Shown here in pieces: positions 1 through 14,199 of a stretch of DNA of 64,000 bases. The notes beneath the pieces are model-generated. The model was not told the DNA's origin. It did not search any database and saw only the letters and a program-made list of their open reading frames with translations. The position numbers and the translations under genes were made by a program. Within the stretch, counting starts at the first letter, position 1. Every line of letters starts with the position of its first letter. This DNA comes from Raillietiella orientalis (taxonomy: Eukaryota): assembly GCA_036172245.1 (NCBI GenBank), contig JAYWIR010000019.1:1116001-1180000 (forward strand), read 5' to 3'.

Positions 1-571
1 ACATTCCAATGTTATGGTTTGATCTAAATACAGAAATAAGTTGTGAGGCAGTAGGAAAAGTGGATGCTTCATTGCAGACAGTTGGCTTTTTTGCTAAAGA
101 TAAGGAAATTGAAACAGAGGTGAGAATGGACCCATACTGCTTCAAATAATGCTTATTTACATGTAGGATGTCAGCACAGAGCCACATGAAGGGTTCAGTA
201 AAGGTGTTGTATTCTATTTGAAAGATGGACGTATTCTGGGAATTTTACTGTGGAATATATTTAATCAGTTATCTCTAGCCCGCAAGGTAACCCCATCTGA
301 AAAATGAAAAATGGAACTTCCCCATAATTGTTGCAGATTATTTCCAAGCGGTATACCATTGACGATCTTGATGAATTAGCAAAACTGTTTCACATTTATG
401 AAACGCAGTCTTCTTAACAGGAACACACAAGAAGGAATAATGAGCAATGTAATAAAGAGTTATTCATGTTATGCCAAACATCCAATCACCAATTTCACCT
501 AAATGTTATTCTGGATGTTTGTTATTTCAATGTTTTTGATTATTATCAATTTGACACGTATTATAAAACAA

Positions 572-3500
572 TCAGTGCACACCAAGTGTCAAAGGGTTAT
601 GTCTTGTGGTTCTCAAGCATTCTATATCTACTTCGTTGTTGGGACTGGCAGATATACTCAGTGCTAAGGTACGATCAACATCTATAGTAACATAATTCGG
701 AGATAGAGCTTCAGCATCATCACATGGTGCTTCTTTCACTAACGTTGGAATTTCTGAATGACTGTTATCGAGATCTAATTCTACATAAGTGACACTTTTC
801 GCTTTAACTGTTGTCTTATCATTAACACTGGTTAATGAATTTGGGGTTGGATGTGTATCACATAAAGGTAATACCTTATTATTTTGTCCATCAGCAATGA
901 TGTCAACACACATTAGTCTTTCTTCTGCCATGTATGATTCATCGTGATCTAGACTTGTATAACAATCTGTTTTGAGTAAATTGCACAAGGAGGAAATATC
1001 CTGACACTTTGATATAACACAATTTTCGTACAATCCCAAAGTATTATTTGGTGTAGATTGTGAGCTGAGTCCATAAGTCTGTTGCTTTGAAGGAACGCAA
1101 GATGCTATACAAGGAAGGGCGCTAAATCCTTTGTGAGAGTCACAACTGCTTGAATATACACTATGCTCATTCACAGATGATGGCATTCTTGCAAACAGAT
1201 CATTTTCCCCAGAAGAGAGCCTGGAATTTCTCATCTCCTTTTGACTAAGTTCATGAAGACTTTGCTTATGTATATGTTTTTGAAGAGTATTGAAAAGATT
1301 TTCGGCCTTGTGATACCTAAACACATATATTCCTGGACCTGTTGGACATCTGCGTCCAAGCTCAAAACTGAACAAGCGCTTCTCAAATCCATATCTGGAA
1401 GTGCTTGAATTAGTGCTACATGTAATCAGCAGCATATTTTGTACTCCCTAATTATTCATTTATTAAAACCAAACTAATAAACTATATTTGTAGATAAATT
1501 CAAACTTAACCATATACTCAAGAGCCATCAAATGTCCAAACAAGCTTCATGCAGCAGATGCATCAAAAGTTTTGCAGCACAAGTGTAGCAAACAGACAAA
1601 AAATTAAATGTTATGCTAAAAATCCTCACCAAGTCTTATGCTGCTGTTCAAATTTTCAACATGTTTCAGGCCAATAACACAATTTTTGCAAGTCACTTGA
1701 GAATTTTTTCACATGTAATGTAGGAAAAGATAATCATGTATAACAAAATGAAATCTAAGTTTATGTATCTTCAATGAGTGATGCATGCTTCATTTCAATA
1801 CTTGGGATGTAACTTCAGGATGTACAAGGCAAAATGATATGGCGAGAATATTATTTTGTAGCATTTAATTATATATCAAAATTAGTTTCATAGAAACATG
1901 CTTCAATTTATGAATTCTGTAAGCGTACAGATTACATAAGTACACTACCTAGTATTCTAGGGATGGTAAAAGTTTGTTTTGCCAACAGTCAAATATCCAA
2001 CACATTGTATGTCAGAATCAAAATTAAATCTAATTGCTCATTGTAAATAAAATGCATTATGTGACAGATATCTGTTGTTAATTATGAGATTCATCATGAC
2101 ATATATATCAAGTGCACTTTAAATGGCTTCTTCATATGTACTGTTCAAACGAACAGTCAATCAGAGTCACAAAAAAAAACCGGGTCTAACTGAAACCATT
2201 AATTCCAATAGCCTACTCATTCAAATAATATATATCATTTTCATAACAAACATACAATGGAATAATCATTGCAATGAGTGCAAATACAAAGTGCATGTAT
2301 GTAGGGCATTTTAGAGATAGAAATTAAATTGAGTCACACATATTGCAAGCTGACTATTTGCTGGCTGTGACAATTTCCAGCAATTTAGAAGAAACCAAAA
2401 AACAAATATTTGGATACATGCTCAACTGATAATGCAATGAATGCAACCTTTGGCAAAATGACCAACTTTCAAGCAGACATCTTCAAATGTTCTACAACAG
2501 AAACAACTTTCAAAATACGGATCTCTGGATGTCATGTTAATGACATCTGAAAAAGATGCAAAAAAATAATCGTAACTGGCAAACATGGAGAAACACTAAA
2601 GTTAAACAAATTTTAAATGCTACAAAAAACTGGAGTTCCTTGAATATCAAGAAAACAATATACTTTTTCATCCTTTGCAAGGAATTGGTGACTTTCTTTA
2701 AAAACATTGTACTCTCAATGTAAGTGAGTAGTTTTCCATTTACAAGATGAGCTAAAACTAACAGGGCAATGAAAAATGATGAAAGGGTATGCTAGTACTT
2801 TAGAGATTTTTCGAGGTATTCGAAGTATCAATAAGTTTGCAAAAGAAATTACAAAACTGAAATTCAAGAATTAATTTGCCCAAACGTATTTCGTAAAATA
2901 AATCGGCTTCTGTTAAACTATTCTTCAATGAAATTCGTGAAATTTCTCTTAAAGTCACATCTATCTAAACACACTTCAAACTTAAATGTACACTCACATT
3001 ATCAGGGTAATAACATGATGGAAAATCAGGGTGTGTTTATTTCCTCAGTTATTATTTTATGGGCTTCGAAAAGAGGATGAAATTTCACCTTTTACAGACG
3101 AAGGACTTGACATACACTGCTTAAGATCGAAAGTAAGTGAAGTTTTATAGCACACAGACAAGAATGAAAGTAAAACATTTATTTATAAAAAAATTCTCAC
3201 CAATGAACTAAAATATACTAATCATTAATAAAAAATCAATAAGAATCAATGCTATTGATCAAAAAGGATACATTAGTCTACATACTTGGAACATACAACG
3301 AAATTTATTAAAGCAACTTTATTAACCGATTCACTTCATCACATGGAGACTTGTTTGGCTGCAGGGTAATTCCCAATAACCTAGGCCCTCATTTTCTCCA
3401 ATACTAGAACCGAACATACATGCAATTCAAGATAAATTTTGCTTGAATTGCAGCTTAATGCTCTATTAACGAATTTTGCTATCCCCTGATATATAAACTA

Positions 3501-5921
3501 CTAATGCAACAAGATTTAGAAGTCAAAATCCTCGCCAAGTGTTGGTAAAACCACAAGTATTATTTTAAAAATAATCAAGTTCTAATCTCAAGAGTTATTT
3601 AGTGACGATATCATACATTGTTTTTGTTTGAACATTCAAATTTGCATTTCATTTTATAATAAAAAGATATTATGCTGTACTCAAAGACTTGTGCTATGCA
3701 TTTTCGTCCTTTCATCAGAAAACACAAAAATGATTTACCATTTACCAACTAAGTCCATTGCAACTCAAAACATATGGTAGGCATTGGCGAAATTTGTACT
3801 TTGTGGTATAAATAATTGCTGATTGCTAATACTTGCTTTCAATTATACACTGATAAACCTTAATAATACAGCAACTTACTAATTCAAAGCAGTCCAATTA
3901 AATAAGCACATTGCCAGTGGCTGTGATTGTATGGTAGGGCTCCAGTTTAAAATCTTTTGTCAAGTTCAAAGGCATGTGTTAGGTGAGGCTCATTTTAAAA
4001 AACACAAGAACAAAGAACCTGTTTGAAAAATCTGTTTAAAAATAATCAATACATTTGTGCAGAGTACTGATTATTTCGAACTTTTGTTAATCCTTCCAAG
4101 CTCTTGTTTTTATGCATAAACTATCAGCTTAAACAGCTTTTCATATCAGAAACGAACAAGGAACTTCATTCCCAGAGTATTAGCATAAAAATGAACTTTG
4201 GATCATTACAACATTACATTTAAAATATCATCAAATAATAAATGAGTTTCCTAGCTTACAAACACTGCATCCTGTTTTAAAAAGAACTCTTTTTACTTCA
4301 AAATTAAGCAACTTTATGGTTACCTTCAGTTTTTTTCATGGTCATAGAAAACACACACACACACTATTTATTTACAAGAATTCTGAAAGAGTTCTTAGAA
4401 CAAAAATAAAATGCAAAAGTGGGAGTGCTATATTTTCTTTCAAAGCATAGAAATAAAACAATGCTTTTCTTGAACTCCTTTCTTAAAACTGCTTTCAAAT
4501 TCAAGGTTCTTAAAATAAACATAAGTATTTACTTTATCCATGTATCTTTTTTCTTCATCAATGTATAACCTTGATGAGGCCAATTTACAAAGTGAATAAA
4601 CATTTGAGAAAGTGTTTTATTTTACAAATCTTCCATTTCTGAGAATTAATGTGCTTCATCAAGAGAAATACTACACATTGGAATGCTGAATAACCTCAAT
4701 AAGAAAAATCTCTCTAAAGTTTGGAATAGAACAGTCAGAAAAAATTGAATTACAATTTCTTCTCTCTTAAGTGAATATTGAACAAGCCTTCTTATTCTCA
4801 AAACATGCAAAGATAGAATAGTTGGATGACAGAATTTTTGTTTTTTGTTTTTTTTACACAACTTACAAACAGACTAGCACTACAAAAACTGTTTGCCCAA
4901 TCATACTTAAAATCTGCAGAAGAAATAATCCAGATTCACATACACATACCACTTAACGATCAAATCTATAATGAATTAACTGAATACGTTTACAATTGGC
5001 AGATAAACAATACAGCATAAATTACGTAAAACAAATCTTGCAAATTGAAACTTAAATTGCTCTTCATATCTAAGTACGTCCATTACGTATACACATACAT
5101 ATTTACAAAGACGACTGGCAATTTTGAAGCAATAACTGTATTAACTGATTATTTGTCGAACAATGCACTATTCCTTTAAGATACTTATTGTGCAACTCTT
5201 AAAAAAATTTGGAGATAAAAGGTCCAGGTGGCAAATTCATTTAGGTTGGGAGGGCATTTACGAAATAAAGTAATCGTTCAGATTCATTGAAAATGAATTC
5301 ATTGAAATTCATTCATTGAAATAACTGAAAATCTACCTGGGGGATTCTCACAGAAAGATACCTTCACATTACATAATTCTTTAGAACACGTATGGAACTA
5401 TGATGTAGATATATATGCCAATGACAGATAGGCTTACCTGGTGTTTGTGTGAATACATCATCATCCCTACAAATACAATACAGTTTCATCATATAGATTC
5501 TCATCAGAGTAATGGATTTTATGATTTCAGTTTGCCGCTGGAAAAGGCTTTTTTTCTACAATGTAATTTTACAAAACGAGTGTGTACTTGAGAAAAATCA
5601 CCTAACCCAACCAAACCTTGCACAACGTAAACGATTCTCTTTCCCAAAACCCTGTCGTAATTCGTAATGCTTTTATAGTTAATATTACAAAAACTACTAG
5701 ATGATTTCAAGAATGCTTTCACATTCAGCATACTCACATTACCGTTTCAAACATTTCAGGGGCCATCGAACTGCATTTTTGTTTTTCTGGTACAAAATTA
5801 ATTCGCTATTCGATATCTCCAGTTTACATGGGTAAAGGTTTTTTCCTTCTTCATCAACATTCATGACACTAAATAATGTTTTTTCAGTACCACTAAATGA
5901 TTTACTACCCGTGCAACCCAT
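572..5921 (-). CDS. FRS2: FGF receptor substrate 2/3-like adaptor (IRS-type PTB domain), 2 coding exons: 5921-5743 and 1394-572, 333 aa
   Basis: Exon 1 reads MGCTGSK...VMNVDEEG...LEISNSELILY...VRWPLKCLK(R). Donor CG|GTAATG at 5742 and acceptor TTCCAG|A at 1395 rebuild the CGA codon in frame to YGFEKRLFSFELGRRCPTGPGIYVF. It has an N-terminal MG myristoylation-like start, a YEN Grb2-type motif, YVELDL and YVTIDVDRT SHP2-type motifs, and C-terminal RTTRHN, all as in FRS2. Confidence 0.9.
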
Positions 5922-8900
5922 TACTCCTAATTTCAAACATAATACTGAAGCAGCAAAAAACACGATCATCAAAAACATAGGAATGCATCAAGCATTCACA
6001 ATTCATCACTCCGACGTTATTGCTATCTGTGTGTTTTTTCAAAGATAATATCTCTGTGAGACACAAACGAATAAAAGGACGAACATACTGGAAAAACATG
6101 AACGTTTCCTTCTATGAAACAGACACGAAAATGTTAGCAAAAACAACTTGCAAAGACGTTTGCACAAATTTGAAGGAAGGAATTGGAGGGGGGTAAGGGG
6201 GAAAGGGGGGAAGGAAAAAAAAAAGGACAAAAAAAAAAAAAGAAAATAAGATATCTGTTTTTATCTCAACTTTATTAGCAAATGCTTTCTCATGAGAGCT
6301 GTCCTTTTTCTTGTGGATAGCATTTTCCTTTTAAATAAAATATCTTACAGCAAGCTTTCACTGTGAGCGGTTGCTTTCGAAGGAAAGCAAGCAAAATGCA
6401 GAAACAGGTAAAAGTGTGGTCACGTCCCAACGTAGATCACCACCCATCCTTAAGACCTCTTTAACAATTCTACTGCTAAAGTCAGACTCCAGAGTTAGGG
6501 CCCAAGATGTGAAAATCCACTCAGTAGATCGTGCCAAGCTTGGGACCGGCATTAAGCCAGTCAGACACAATCTGTGGTGAGTGATTAATATTTAGAAATG
6601 CTAAAATAATTGACGCTGTAGGTTATATATAAGATGTCACGTTTGTTTTGTTTTCACCTTCTCGAAAGCCCTTGGAATCTGCATTGGAAGATCTCTCACG
6701 TAATAAAATAAACATAAAACGCCAATTCTTTGGAGATCATGTGGAGATTCCGTGCTGTCATAAAAGGAAAAAAGCAGCAGATGAAAAATACTAAGGAAAC
6801 ATACAAATGTCCGCGAGGGAGATCCTATTGTAATTTTTGGAGTTCCTCATTTTTAGTTGATTCCTCCAAACGGAACAGAAGAAGCATGGCAACCATCCAT
6901 TTTCTGAAATGCAAACATTCCAAAACGTCAGCCAAAAAGGCAAAAATTGGAAAAGTTCAATCATCCGGATTAGGAATGAATCAAAAATGAAATTGGAGTG
7001 AATTTTAGATGAAACAAATTAGACGACCAATAAAGAGTTCAAAATTAGAAGGACGACCGAAACTGTCTGGAAACTGAATTCCACAATATATAGAGGCACT
7101 CAAGTCCACAAACATGTAATACATGAGGAAATATCCAGCGCTGGTTGTACAATGGGTCTGACCTCAAGTGTTTTCAAAGAGACTAATCTTCAATTCATGA
7201 TTTATTAGCAGTGTTATTGATTTCCAGGATTATGATTCATTTGCTGGTTCGTATTCTGAGATATGTAAACTGACCTTGAAAGATCGGTTCAACGATCGCG
7301 AATATTGAAACAGGAAGTTCACTTTACGGATTAAGTCATGCGAACGAACGACAGAGGTAAGGGATCATAAGACCCTTGGGCTGCCTCCTGAGAAAGACTT
7401 CGAGAAAAGATTAGACTCCAAGATAAAATGAAAGTGAAACATGATGAAGAATCTGTCATCGAATGATCCTCTCGAGGCAGTAAGTAAACTTCAGGGAGTG
7501 ATCTGTTGAGTTTCTGGTTAAGAAAGCCTCTTCAGACATGAAGAAAACTGAAAGAAGAAAAAAAATGTAAAGGGTTACCATTCTTCCAGTTCCTGCTATT
7601 CCTGCCATTCTTTCCTGAGAAGAAAAGGTGCGAGGGCAAAGTCATTAATGGATTTTACGTATCACAACATGCATATAATTGGACCTGTGAGCATCGGTCA
7701 GTGATTGCTGCAGCTGATGAAATTTGATAAAGGGAAAAAACACTCAGTGAGCACTGAACGAAATGGTGTTGCAGATCACTGTCGCAATGTACATACTACC
7801 AACGTGAAACACGGGGACTCCAGGAATTTCGATTATCCAGCGAGCACGATCCAGGACTTTGGCGTCTGCAAAGCTTTTTACGTTTTCTTCCCTAGAGTCT
7901 TTTTTCAAAATTCCAAAAACCTCCTGGCTGTAATTCTCGCCAATGTTAATGTAGGTATACTACCTCGCATAATAGTGGAACCTGTAAAATTAGAGGATCT
8001 TTACATAAATGCAAAAAGACAATTCAACAGTAAGACACTGTCATTCGTTTTGGATAAAATCGTGGTCCACAGCATATTCTTAAACGGACCTACCATGGAG
8101 AAATTGCCCCCATCACTGATCTGAAGCATTACTTATACGATTTTGTGCCATCGCAATGGCACATCAAGATTTTGCAGCACAACAGTTCGTATCCAGCCAT
8201 TTATTAATTCGGGAGTTTTGTGCTTCTTATCCAGAAAAGAAAAGCAGAATTCCAAAAACCAGCAACTTGAGTTGCATGCGAAGAATCAACATCAAAAAGG
8301 TGGATCAAATATTCTTTCGCACTGAATTTCTCTCGCAACGGTTAGAGCATAAATCTACTATGGGGCTATTGTTCTTATTCGTACATCCAGAATATAAAGT
8401 GAGACAAAAGCAGCTTTTCTCATGAGATTAGTGTCTGATACTCCATCTGCATGGCGACTGCTTTGTTGCATTTTTTGTGGAGCGGAACCCCATGCTTGCA
8501 AGTTTATCCAGCACTTTGTGGTGAAGTGATCTACTATCGAAATATCTTTGGGAACGTTCACCATGCTCCTCTTCAGGAAGATAAAAAGAAACTAAAGAAC
8601 TGACTGAGGGAAGCTAGCCGAGTGTCATCCAGGAACAGTTATCATTCTCTTCGTAACAATGTGAACTTTAATCGGTGTTCTCTGTACTCAGATTCCAGTT
8701 ATTGGAATCCAGAAGTTCAATTTCCTTTAGGGAATGCCAGTGCAATGCATGACTGTAAATCATGGAGTGCAAACGTTTCCAGAAGTCTTGACTGCTACAA
8801 CCAGGAACCATCAGAATACCTAAAACAGCAACAAAAGGTGGCACAGAAGCGATAGGAAGGTCAAGAAACGACCTATCGAACTAAATAGAAAAGCTCAGCG

Positions 8901-11900
8901 TTTTTAGCTGACCGCCTTCATCTACTTTTAAGAAGAAAACCCCCACAGCAAATAGATCGTGCCGACGTTGTGGGATTTGGAATGAGACTATGCCTCATAT
9001 TCTTGATCACTTCCTGAGCACTTTCTTCTGTACACGTCTAGATGTACAAAGACGGAAGAACTCCAAGGCATCAGCAGCAGAACGGAGCGTGGTATCGGCA
9101 AATAAACGCATTCCTAGGACGTAGTCCACTCTGCCGTTTGATCTGATACCTGCCGAAAGGCAACAGAATGGTGGTGTTGCATGTGAATGGGAAGTTCGAC
9201 ATTTCCAGAAAAGGAGAGGAACCCCCAAAATACCAAGATTTTCGTTCGAGAGTTGAGTGTTCCGAGACCGTATGTGCAGAAGATGAAGAAATTCATGGCA
9301 GCCTCGTGTATCTGGAGCTGTCGGAACACTTACTGAACTTTTTCCAGAAGACTTCGGTGATCCCATGAAATGCCCGCTGCTAGAAGATACTCATAGCCAG
9401 CAAGTAGAACTGCGCAGAAGTGTTGAGAACGTCTTCAAAACTGTGTGCTTGCTGATACTCGCTCAAACGATCCGAAGATGAGGAAGACGATGCAAAGCCT
9501 ATGTATACTATTTTTTTCTCATTCCTGTACCATTTTTCTGCCAACAGAATCTGTAGTTGTCAGCTTAACATCTTCTGCGTTACTTCCTGGTGGACACTAT
9601 ATAAAACTGCTTTTTTCTCAAAGCTGTTCTCTCCGGTCACGGGTTGACTAGTTATTGCAGCACCTACGGATTAGGTATACTGCTCCTCTTCAAGGAAGCA
9701 TTACCACGCACATGCAAACTAAAATTGCATTCTGTTGCTCCACGCGCACGTGGGTGCGCCGAAGCAAACCACATTCCTACTGACACCCACAAAAACTTTC
9801 TCTTTCTTTCCATTTTACAGAGGGTGCGTAATCGACAGTCATCTGAGAAACAAACAAAACGTATTTCCATGGGAACACACTCAGACCCATCGAATGATCC
9901 CCTACAATGTCATCTTTCCACGAGTTGCCTTTTTGCGCGCACATTGCACGACCATTGAGAGCTGCACGAATCTTCGAACCGAGTAGCTTTCGTCATGAAG
10001 CCGAAAAATGAGGGTTGGAGCCATTTTGAAGATGCGTTCGTCCCAGCGAGTTATTCTATGGGAGATAAACTCGTTGTGCAGGATACTCTGCAGTATCGGT
10101 TTCTGAAACCCTCTTGACGTCACTCCGAATCAAACACCCACAGGTTTTCAAGGATTGCCCAATTCATTATCAGCATTCCCATGGGACTTGAACGCAGGAC
10201 GCTTCACAAACCTCGACAAACCCTAGGAACTCTGTTGAATCTCAGAGTCCTCAAAGGGCATCACGGTACTCGAAGACACTGAGGTGGAAAGCAACCCAAG
10301 CGAACGATGCTGGAGTCTTCGTGAGAATCTGAGCACTTGGCGTATCTACTAGTCCATCAGACCCCGGGTCGTGACAAAAAGAGATCCCCTCTTCAAGATG
10401 AGCTAGTTTTTATTAAGCTGGAAGAGCACAAAGACGCTCCAAAAGAAGCTTTCTCGTTCACCTACAAGCGACGTGTTCATCAACGAACGCAGAGCACTTA
10501 ACACGGAAACTTGGGATATGCGTGAGAAGAAGGTCGCTTAACGTGGATGTGAGCGCTGGCGACAACTCAGAAAGCCCTGAACAACTTCAGGAGCAACAGG
10601 AACACATCTGGCACTCGACAAAAGTTGCCACCTTAGCGGTTTCTCCACAAGACATGGCGTTTTCATAGATCCATCTGGCGGATGAAAACCATTTCCTCCT
10701 GCTGAGAGGAAATTCCAGCAGTTTTCGAATCGCTAAGCACCGAAGTTCAATGGTTTTTAATGGCTACAAAGAGAATTTTGAATTGTGGACGTCGTTGCAA
10801 ATGGTATGAAATGGAATCCCGCATACTCTATCCACCCCTGTTGCCATCTTGGCGGATGTGGGGCCCACGTCAGTAAACTATTGCATTGTTGATGATGACT
10901 GTCAAGGAAAACGAATTCCTTCCTTACTATTAGAATATCCTGCTATTTGAATTGTGAACGCTGCAGTGCAGCGGCAACTCGTTCGAGGATTTGATTGCAA
11001 TTCAAAGTGTTCTAAAGTTTCCTTTAACTATAGGAAATATAAGACCGGAAGTGAGGCCCTCACCTCACAAACGTATCAAAGACGTGCAGCATTTCTCTCT
11101 GAAAGAAATTCCACGTGATCAGCAATTCATTCCCAGTTTGCATTTTCCTTTTGCACTGTTGAATCTGGAGATGAGATGGCATTACGTGTCATGAACGTGT
11201 GCTGTGATATAGTGGGCTTGTATACCTCGTGTTCTGTTAAATTATTCGATGTGCATTGCATTATTTTGATACACTGTTTCATTCAAGACATGGGGCCAGC
11301 AACGAAATCAGCAACGACTTAGGAAAGAGTGGCAAAGTCATGTGCTGCTTAAAGACTGGACCTCAGAAATTCTGCAAATGTGTATTGAATGCAAAACACT
11401 GTCATCTACTATCCCACTTTGAAACGAAGAAGCACCAGTAGGTTTGCGCTGCATTTTCTTCTTGACGAAAATCGGACACTTTTGTTTTAACGAACAAAAC
11501 TCCGAACACGCAGAGGAGGCGTCTTCAGGTCTCTTCATAGCAATGAAAAGAGTGAACCATCTCAGAGAAAGGGCTGAACGTGAATTCTCGGACAGTTCAA
11601 TTGCAAACAAAGTCCAACTACATCGTTCCAAGTGCTATAATAAAGCTCGCATTAGCACCTCACTATTCAAAAGGCTCTTCTTGATGATATAGGGACTGGT
11701 CATTTCAGTATTTTAGCTGATGGTTCCAATGATATCGATACAACTAAAATGCTAGAAATTGCTGTTGTGTATCTCACTATCAATCGGGAAGGGCAGAATC
11801 TACTTTTTTTGCATTGGCTGAGCATGAGACACCAGTGATACTGAATCACTTGCTGCTTCTTTTGGGGAAATGGTGGGGAAGGATTGAGAATTGAAAATAT

Positions 11901-14199
11901 GAGAGAGATTGGCGTCTTTAATGCATCCGTTATGACAGACATATACAATGGCGTGTGCGCTAAACTGCGGAGTCAATGCCTAGGGCAGACAGTAATCCGT
12001 TGAGTATATTGTATCTCCAATTGACTGTCTCAGCAGCCTCAGATTGCATTCCATTGATCTTGACTTTCTGGTGAGAAGAATCCAAGATATTCTCATTCTG
12101 TCTTACGGTGAAATGACTAACAAGCTCCATTTGCTGCCATGAGTGATTAGCACCATCCTAAAAATATTGTACACAAGTGCAGACTCGCTGACTGTCGATT
12201 GAGACCTCAGTAAAAAGAATTCTGAAACAGTAGGCAGAACTCCGAGCCCTGTTTAAAACTCCGAGTACAAAAAAAAGAGATAACACAACATCCTCTTTAA
12301 AAATTCGGCTTTCTGATGCAAAAAACACGCATTTTTACTCATCCTGTACTGATATTGGCTGACGCGCAAAGGGTGAATAATTATTTGAGGCAAGTAATGG
12401 CGATTGCATGAAGCCCGTGGATGATCTGGCTGGTTCGAAAGACAACACGACCTATAAGTTTGTGCTTCCAATCTGCAGGAAGGACTTTCCAACAGAAAAT
12501 GCTGATGACTACATTCACTGGAGTTTCTATCTTGGCAATGAAATTGAAAAGAGATCACATCAACTCAAACTCTCAGAAGAAACTGAATTCCGAAAAAGAT
12601 GCATTCTGTTCCTCATAAGGTGATATAAAAAACTTCAACTAATACTGTCTGATAATATAAAGGTGCTAACATCAATGCCAACAATTTCTGCATCTCATAT
12701 TCTTCGTGTTATCAAAAATCGATTGATACTACGAATTCAGAATCTCCAAATTCCATCCTACAGGATAGCAGAAGAAGAAATCTACTGGAACAAGTCAATG
12801 AGTATAAAGTGGAGAAACTAGTTAGATAGACGTATCTGATGCCAATCCATTTCAAGAGTATGTTGAAAGGCTGACATCTCCCTTTTTTCTTCCATGATCT
12901 CATGCCTAAGAGGAACGAATCTTCAGCTTGACGAACATCGTGAAGTCAAAACTACGAAAGTGGACGCGAACGGAATTGGTCGAGGCGATTCTCATAATAA
13001 GGGAAGCTCTAAATCGCGTTGAAAAGTGCTGCATGGGTCAAAAATTGGCCCGAAGTCTCAAGGGAAACAGAAAACTTGGCTGCCTACAAAACTGGAAGTG
13101 GACAAGCCGAGAATCAAACTCCAAGAATCTGATAATCGCAGCACGATTTCTCCGATGAGAATGATCCAAAGGACCTGTTATTTTGAGTGAGTTATACATT
13201 AAAACTATTTTTTGCACATAGAATACTAAATGCCTGCAATTAATAATAAAGATGATAATAATAATAATAAATTCTTAGGTGCAAAAGTGGAGATTTTCTT
13301 TGGGAAATCTTGGGTTTGCAAAGGGTATCTAGAGGGATCGCATTCACTTGTGTTGGCAGCCCTGCTTTGGCACTTAGAGACGGAAGTTCACACGCTCTCC
13401 GGCGCATTTGCAGGCTTGTTATGCAAAGGTGCAGGTCTTGCGAGTCCTTCCTGTTTGGGTGACAGTTTGTGTTTTCTCTCCAGCAAATCCCCAGCGTAAA
13501 TTCCATGCTCGTGCTGAAACTGTAGGCAAACGAGTGCGCCTATCAGTTGCGCCTCGGTGTACAGTGGTTAAAAAAAAAAAAGCAAAAACGCGAACAGGAA
13601 CGTTGCCGGGGCCTTCATGCAGCGTGGCATGGGATCGTGGAGGCTGTCGGTTTCAAGTGTGAAGGAACGTTCGGACAGCACACTGAAAAATGCAGCAAGC
13701 AGTAAGTGTGTGTCGATTTCCGTTTTTGGTGTTCTATGTCGCTGGAAATGTCCGAGTGCCCACGTTCGATGGGGGGTGGTCAAGCAGTGGGTGATTTCTT
13801 GAGGGGAACTTCATAGCGTGGTGCCTTCCGTTGGTCTTCGCCCAGCAAAGAATCACAGAACTCTCCTGGGGTTGTTTGTGCTGTCATCAAGTTTGCTAGC
13901 ATCGGGCGAACCGAGATGACCTGTGAAAATGACCTAACCTAGCATGTATCAAAGCCTGGGCACTGCTCGAATGAAGGATGGAGTTTGTGAATTCTCAGCT
14001 GCAGAGAAAGAAAGCCTCTTCTGAGAATTTTCTTCCACGTCATCGTTTGAGTAGACTTCCATATCGATTTTTTGTGGCACGTGAACCTTCCGATTCGTGT
14101 GCTTCCTTTTTGATTGTGGGTATCTTAAGGTTGAGGGCGTGCGAAAAATGGTTATTGCTTACGCGGGACATTATGCAAACGGGACTGCATAAAGGAAGC

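Noticed and set aside
6180..6245. Purine/poly(A) tract upstream of FRS2 as a retro-tail
   Set aside because: No associated element or TSD; ordinary low-complexity sequence.
13933..13941. CCTAACCTA as a telomerase RNA template for TTAGG repeats
   Set aside because: A single 9-mer is expected by chance, and I see no supporting promoter or structure.
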